Part shown: positions 20,814-25,649 of the stretch, piece by piece | Position numbering within the stretch: position 1 is the first letter of the stretch | Layout of the letters: every line of letters begins with the position of its first letter | Assembly (NCBI GenBank): GCA_030141605.1 | Contig: JAQGDQ010001283.1 | Span: 1-25,649, forward strand | DNA length: 25,649 nt | Reading direction: 5' to 3' | From: Tubiluchus corallicola | Taxonomy: Eukaryota > Animalia > Priapulida | Notes under the pieces: model-generated | Database searches by the model: none | What the model saw: only the letters and a program-made list of their open reading frames with translations | What the model was told of the DNA's origin: nothing | Position numbers and translations under genes: made by a program

Positions 20814-22695
20814 TCTACTATTATATTAATATTCTTGGTATATATATATATATATATATATAAGATTCGAGGCTACAGCCCGGACGAGGGCACCATTTGC
20901 GGCGATCTATATATCAAACGAAAGGTCTCGATCTAGTGTCGTGCCATTGATGGTTTATTTTTCGAATTGGGCCCACCGCGAGGAAGGGGGGGGGCGAAAA
21001 ACCTCCAAAAATGGCCATTTTTCGGCCGTTTTTTGCAAAAGTTATACGGCTGAGATGTAGAGAACGGGAACGGGCCGAGGGGGGTGCTGGGTATGGATAG
21101 ATAGCCCGTTCAGCGGTGGGTGTAGTAGGCATATTTAGAATTCCCGAGAGGGCCAGGGCGCCCCGCAACGGGCGTTTTCCCGGACCCAACTCGCGATTTT
21201 TTCGAAATTTTGACCAAACAGCATGCGGGAAAAACGTTCTAGCGGCGCCCGGTGGGACTCTCGGAAGGAGATATATAGCTCTTTACAAAGAGGAAGGACA
21301 GGGCTACACGATGATGTGGGTTATATTTTAGGGCAGGTCCACCGAGAGGAGTATCAACGAGTTAGTTAGGAGTTCTATTTTCGGCAATTTTCACTTAGAA
21401 AATTGCTGACGCAAAGGCATTGTTGTGACGTCATCCATTGTATTCTGTCTATAATCTTATAGCTTTAATTCAGCAAAAAGCTGCTACAGGCAAAGTAAAC
21501 AAACAGTAGACACGATGTTACGGGCTTTGTGTTATAAATGTGGACTAGGTAGGATGTTCGCGTATTATTGATTACACGTGTATTTATACGCAATCTTTTG
21601 CGGGGCCTTTGCTATTTATTATATTATAGCACATAGTTTCAACTTTGTGAAAAATGTTTGGAATGGTTTTGTTGTAATGCTGTGCTGTTGGTGCTTGTGC
21701 TATAGGTGTTGTCATCGTTGCCACCATCATCATCATCATCATCATCAACATCATGATCACCACGTGAGGTGGTGGATTTGATGTGGTGTGGTGGTGGTGT
21801 GCTTTGTGTGTTGTGCTATGGATGGTGTGGTGGGGTGATAGGGTGTGTGGGGTGTGGTGTGGGTAGTGTGGTATGGAGTGGGTGGCGTGGTGTGTGGGTG
21901 GGTGGGTGTTGTGGTGCAGTGCGGTGTGATGTGGTGGAGTATTATGGTGTGGGTGGTGTGGTGTGGTGTGTAGGTGGGTGGTGCGGTGCAGTGTGGTGTG
22001 ATGTGGTGGAGTCGTATGGTGTGGTTGGTGTGGTGTGGTATGTGGGTCGTGCGGTGTGCTGCAGTGGTATGTTGTGGTGCGATGTGGTGGAGTTGTATGG
22101 AGTGGATGGTGTGGTGTGTAGTGGGTGGGTGGTGTGGTGCAGTGTGGTGCTGTGCGGTGTGATGTGGTGGAGTATTATGGTGTGGGTGGTGTGGTGTGGT
22201 GTGTGGGTGGTGCGGTGCAGTGGTATGGTGTGGTGCAGTGTGGTGTGATGTGGTGGAGTCGTATGGTGTGGGTGGTGCGGTGTGCCGCAGCAGTATGGTG
22301 TGGTGCGGTGTGGTGTGTAGGTGGGTGGGTGGTGTGGTGCAGTGTGGTGTTATGGTGTGGTGCTGTGTGGTGTGGTACAGTGTGGTGTTATGGTGTGGTG
22401 CTGTGCGGTGTGGTGTGTGGGTGGTGCAGTGGTATGGTGTGGTGCAGTGTGGTGTGATGTGGTGGAGTGGTATGGTGTGGGTGGTGTGGTGTGTAGGTGG
22501 TATGGTGTGGTGTGGGTGGTGTGGTGTGTAGGTGGGTGGGTGGTGTGGTGCAGTGTGGTGTTATGGTGTGGTGCTGTGCGGTGTGATGTGGTGGAGTGGT
22601 ATGGTGTGGTGCAGTGTGGTGTGATGAGGTGGAGTGGTGTGGTGTGGGTTTTGTGTTGATTTGTGCACAAAATTCTTTTTGTGGGGTTTGGCTAG
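20814..22695 (+). mobile_element. Non-autonomous Helitron, extended form (~800-bp core plus ~1.08-kb GTG-rich extension)
   Basis: Starts A|TC; core ends CTAT instead of CTAG at 21612-21615; distal hairpin CACAAAA-ttct-TTTTGTG (22666-22683) followed by CTAG|T at 22692-22696. Confidence 0.8.
21770..22650. repeat. Complex GTG/GTGTG-rich low-complexity tract
   Basis: Strongly G/T-skewed degenerate repeats; a second copy lies at ~25298-25605. Confidence 0.93.
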
Positions 22696-22707
22696 TTTAC
22701 TTATTAA

Positions 22708-23539
22708 TCTATACTCTTATATTAATATTCTTGGTATATATATATATATATTTATTTATATATAAGATTCGAGGCTACAGCCCGGACGAGGGCACCATTT
22801 GCGGCGATCTATATATCAAACGAAAGGTCTCGATCTAGTGTCGTCTCATTGATGGTTTATTTTTCGAATCGGGGCCACCGCGAGGAACGGGGAGCGAAAA
22901 ACCTCCAAAAATGGCCCTTTTTCGGCCGTTTTTTGCAAAAGTTATACGCTTGAGATGTGGAGAACGGGAAAGGGCCGAGGGGGTGCTGGGTATGGATAGA
23001 TAGCCCGTTCAGCGGTGGGTGTAGTAGGCCTATTTAGAATTCGCGAGAGGGCCACGGGATCCCGTAACGGGCGTTTTCCCGGACCCGACTCGCGATTTTT
23101 TCGAAATTTTGGCCAAGCAGCCTGCGGAAAAAACGTTCTAGCGGCGTCTGGTGGGACTCTCGGAAGGAGATATGGGGCTCTTTACAAAAAGGAAGGACAG
23201 GGCTACACGACGATGTGGGCTATATGTTAGGGCAGCTCCACCGAGAGGAGTATCAACGAGTTTAATTAACAGTTCTATTTTCGGCAATTTTCGCTTAGAA
23301 AACAGCTGACGCAATGCCATTGTGCTGACGTCATTCATTGTACTCTGCTGGCTTAATTCTGCAAAAAGCTGCTTTGCGTTAGATAAACAGACATACAGTA
23401 GCTGCCTGCTGGCTTTGCGTTAGGTAAGTAGGCAGGATGTTACGGGCTTTGTGTTATAAATGAGGACTAGGTAGAATGTTCGCGTATTATTGATTACACG
23501 TGTGTTTATACGCAAAATCTTTTGCGGGGCCTTTGCTAG
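22708..23539 (+). mobile_element. Non-autonomous Helitron, core unit
   Basis: A|TCTATAC start; hairpin CGCAAAA-tc-TTTTGCG (23511-23526), 9 nt, then CTAG; no TIR or TSD. Confidence 0.87.
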
Positions 23540-24339
23540 TCTCTTATATTAATATTCTTGGTATCTTAATATATATATTTATTTATATATAAGATTCGAG
23601 GCTACAGCCCGGACGAGGGCACCATTTGCGGCGATCTATATATCAAACGAAAGGTCTCGATCTAGTGTCGTCTCATTGATGGTTTATTTTTCGAATTGGG
23701 CCCACAGCGAGGAAGGGGAGGCGAAAAACCTCCAAAAATGGCCATTTTTCGGCCGTTTTTTGCAAAAGTTATACGGCTGAGATGTAGAGAACGGGAACAG
23801 GCCGAGGGTGGTGCTGGGTATGGATAGATAGCCCTTTCAGCGGTGGGTGTCATAGGCCTATTTAGAATTCCCGAGAGGGCCACGGCGTCCCGCAACGGGC
23901 GTTTTCCCGGACCCAACTCGCGATTTTTTCGAAATTTTGATCAAACAGCCTGTGGAAAAAACGTTGTAGCGTCGCCTGGTGGGACTCTCGGAAGGAGATA
24001 TGCAGCTCATCAGAAAGAGGAAGAACGGGGCTACACGATGATGTGGGCTATATGTTAGGGCAGGTCCACTGAGAGGAGTACTGGCAAGTTAATTGGATGT
24101 TCTATTTTCGACAATTTTCGCTTAGAAAACTGCTGACGCAAAGCCATTGTAGTGACGTCATCCATTGTACTCTGCCTATAGCTTTAATTCAGTAAAAGCT
24201 ACAGGCTTTGCGTTAGTTTAGCAAACAGTAGGCAGGATGTTACGGGCTTTGCGTTATAAATGAGGACTATGTAGGATGTTCGCGTATTATTGATTACACG
24301 TGGTTTTTTACGCAAAATCTTTTGCGGGGCCTTTGCTAG
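23540..24339 (+). mobile_element. Non-autonomous Helitron, core unit, fused head-to-tail on both sides
   Basis: CTAG|TC junctions at 23539/23540 and 24339/24340; hairpin at 24311-24326. Confidence 0.88.
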
Positions 24340-25605
24340 TCTATCTACTATTATATTAATATTCTTGGTATATATATATATATATATATATATATAAGAT
24401 TCGAGGCTACAGCCCGGACGAGGGCACCATTTGCGGCGATCTATATATCAAACGAAAGGTCTCGATCTAGTGTCGTGCCATTGATGGTTTATTTTTCGAA
24501 TGGGGCCCACCGGGAGGAACGGGGGGCGAAAAACCTCCAAAAATGGCCCTTTTTCGGCCGTTTTTTGCAAAAGTTATACGGCTGAGATGTAGAAAACGGG
24601 AACGGGCCGAGGGGGGTGCTGGGTATGGATAGATAGCCCGTTCAGCGGTGGGTGTAGTAGGCATATTTAGAATTCCCGAGAGGGCCACGGCGTCCCGCAA
24701 CGGGCGTTTTCCCGGACCCAACTCGCGATTTTTTCGAAATTTTGACCAAACAGCATGCGGGAAAAACGTTCTAGCGGCGCCCGGTGGGACTCTCGGAAGG
24801 AGATATACGGCTCTTTACAAAGAGGAAGGACAGGGCTACACGATGATGTGGGCTATATGTTAGGGCAGGTCCACCGAGAGGAGTACTGGCGAGTTAATTA
24901 GAGGTTCCATTTTCGGCAATTTTCGCTTAAGAAACTGCTGACGCAAAACCATTGTTCTGACGTCATCCATTGTATTCTGTCTATAACTTTAATTCAGCAA
25001 AAAGCTGCTACAGGCTTTGCGTTAGTTAAACAAACTGTAGGCATGATGTTACGGGCTTTGCGTTATAAATGTGGACTAGGTAGGATGTTCGCGTAATGTA
25101 TTATTGATTATACGTGGTTTTTTACGCAAAATCTTTTGCGGGGCCTTTGCTATTTATTATATTATAGCACATAGTTTCAACTTTGTGAAAAATGTTTGGA
25201 ATGGTTTTGTTGTAATGCTGTGCTGTTGGTGCTTGTGCTATAGGTGTCGTCATCGTTGCCACCATCATCATCATCAACATCATGATCACCACGTGAGGTG
25301 GTGGATTTGATGTGGTGTGCTTTGTGTGTTGTGCTATGGATGGTGTGGTGGGGTGATAGGGTGTGTGGGGTGTGGTGTGGGTAGTGTGGTATGGAGTGGG
25401 TGGCGTGGTGTGTGGGTGCGAGGGGGTTGTGGTGCAGTGCGGTGTGATGTGGTGGAGTATTATGGTGTGGGTGGTGTGGTGTGTGGGTGGGTGGTGCGGT
25501 GCAGTGTGGTGTGATGTGATGTGGTGGAGTCGTATGGTGTGGGTGATGTGGTGTGGTATGTGGGTGGGTGGTGCGGTGTGCTGCAGTGGTATGGTGTGGT
25601 GTGAC
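24340..25605 (+). mobile_element. Non-autonomous Helitron, extended form; 3' end not seen
   Basis: TC start; core ends CTAT at 25150-25153 and runs into the same extension as the 20814 copy. Confidence 0.8.
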
Positions 25606-25649
25606 AGTGTGGAGCATGCAACTGAACGTATACACGCTTACGTATTGCT

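Noticed and set aside
21769-22838. Cys/Trp/Val/Gly-rich ORFs
   Set aside because: Open frames in low-complexity GTG repeats.
20914-24863. Recurrent 71-91 aa ORFs (MGVVGIFRIPERA..., MGPGKRPLR...) as a tandem gene family
   Set aside because: They recur because the DNA is repeated, begin at non-ATG codons where I checked, and show no recognisable domain or Rep/helicase motif.

Overview
AT-rich, intron- and repeat-rich animal (invertebrate, probably arthropod-like judging by the 18S fragment; not certain) genomic DNA. The left half carries seven minus-strand coding exons (338 codons when spliced) of a ceramide transfer protein gene (CERT/COL4A3BP: PH domain, serine-repeat motif, coiled coil, FFAT). 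Its START domain must lie beyond the left edge. The introns hold several minisatellites, pogo-type elements, a LINE remnant and a tRNA-like palindrome. Upstream (14.7-20.1 kb) is a composite block bracketed by ~200-bp inverted repeats: BEL/Pao pol end, 176-bp repeats (probably rDNA spacer), a collapsed rDNA unit (28S 3' end joined to 5.8S-ITS1-18S 3' end) and a Gypsy integrase with PPT/LTR. The right end (20.8-25.6 kb) is a head-to-tail array of non-autonomous Helitrons; two copies have lost their CTAG end and continue through a shared GTG-rich extension, which in the first copy ends at a second, related terminator. All calls were made by eye; family assignments rest on remembered motifs, not database searches.
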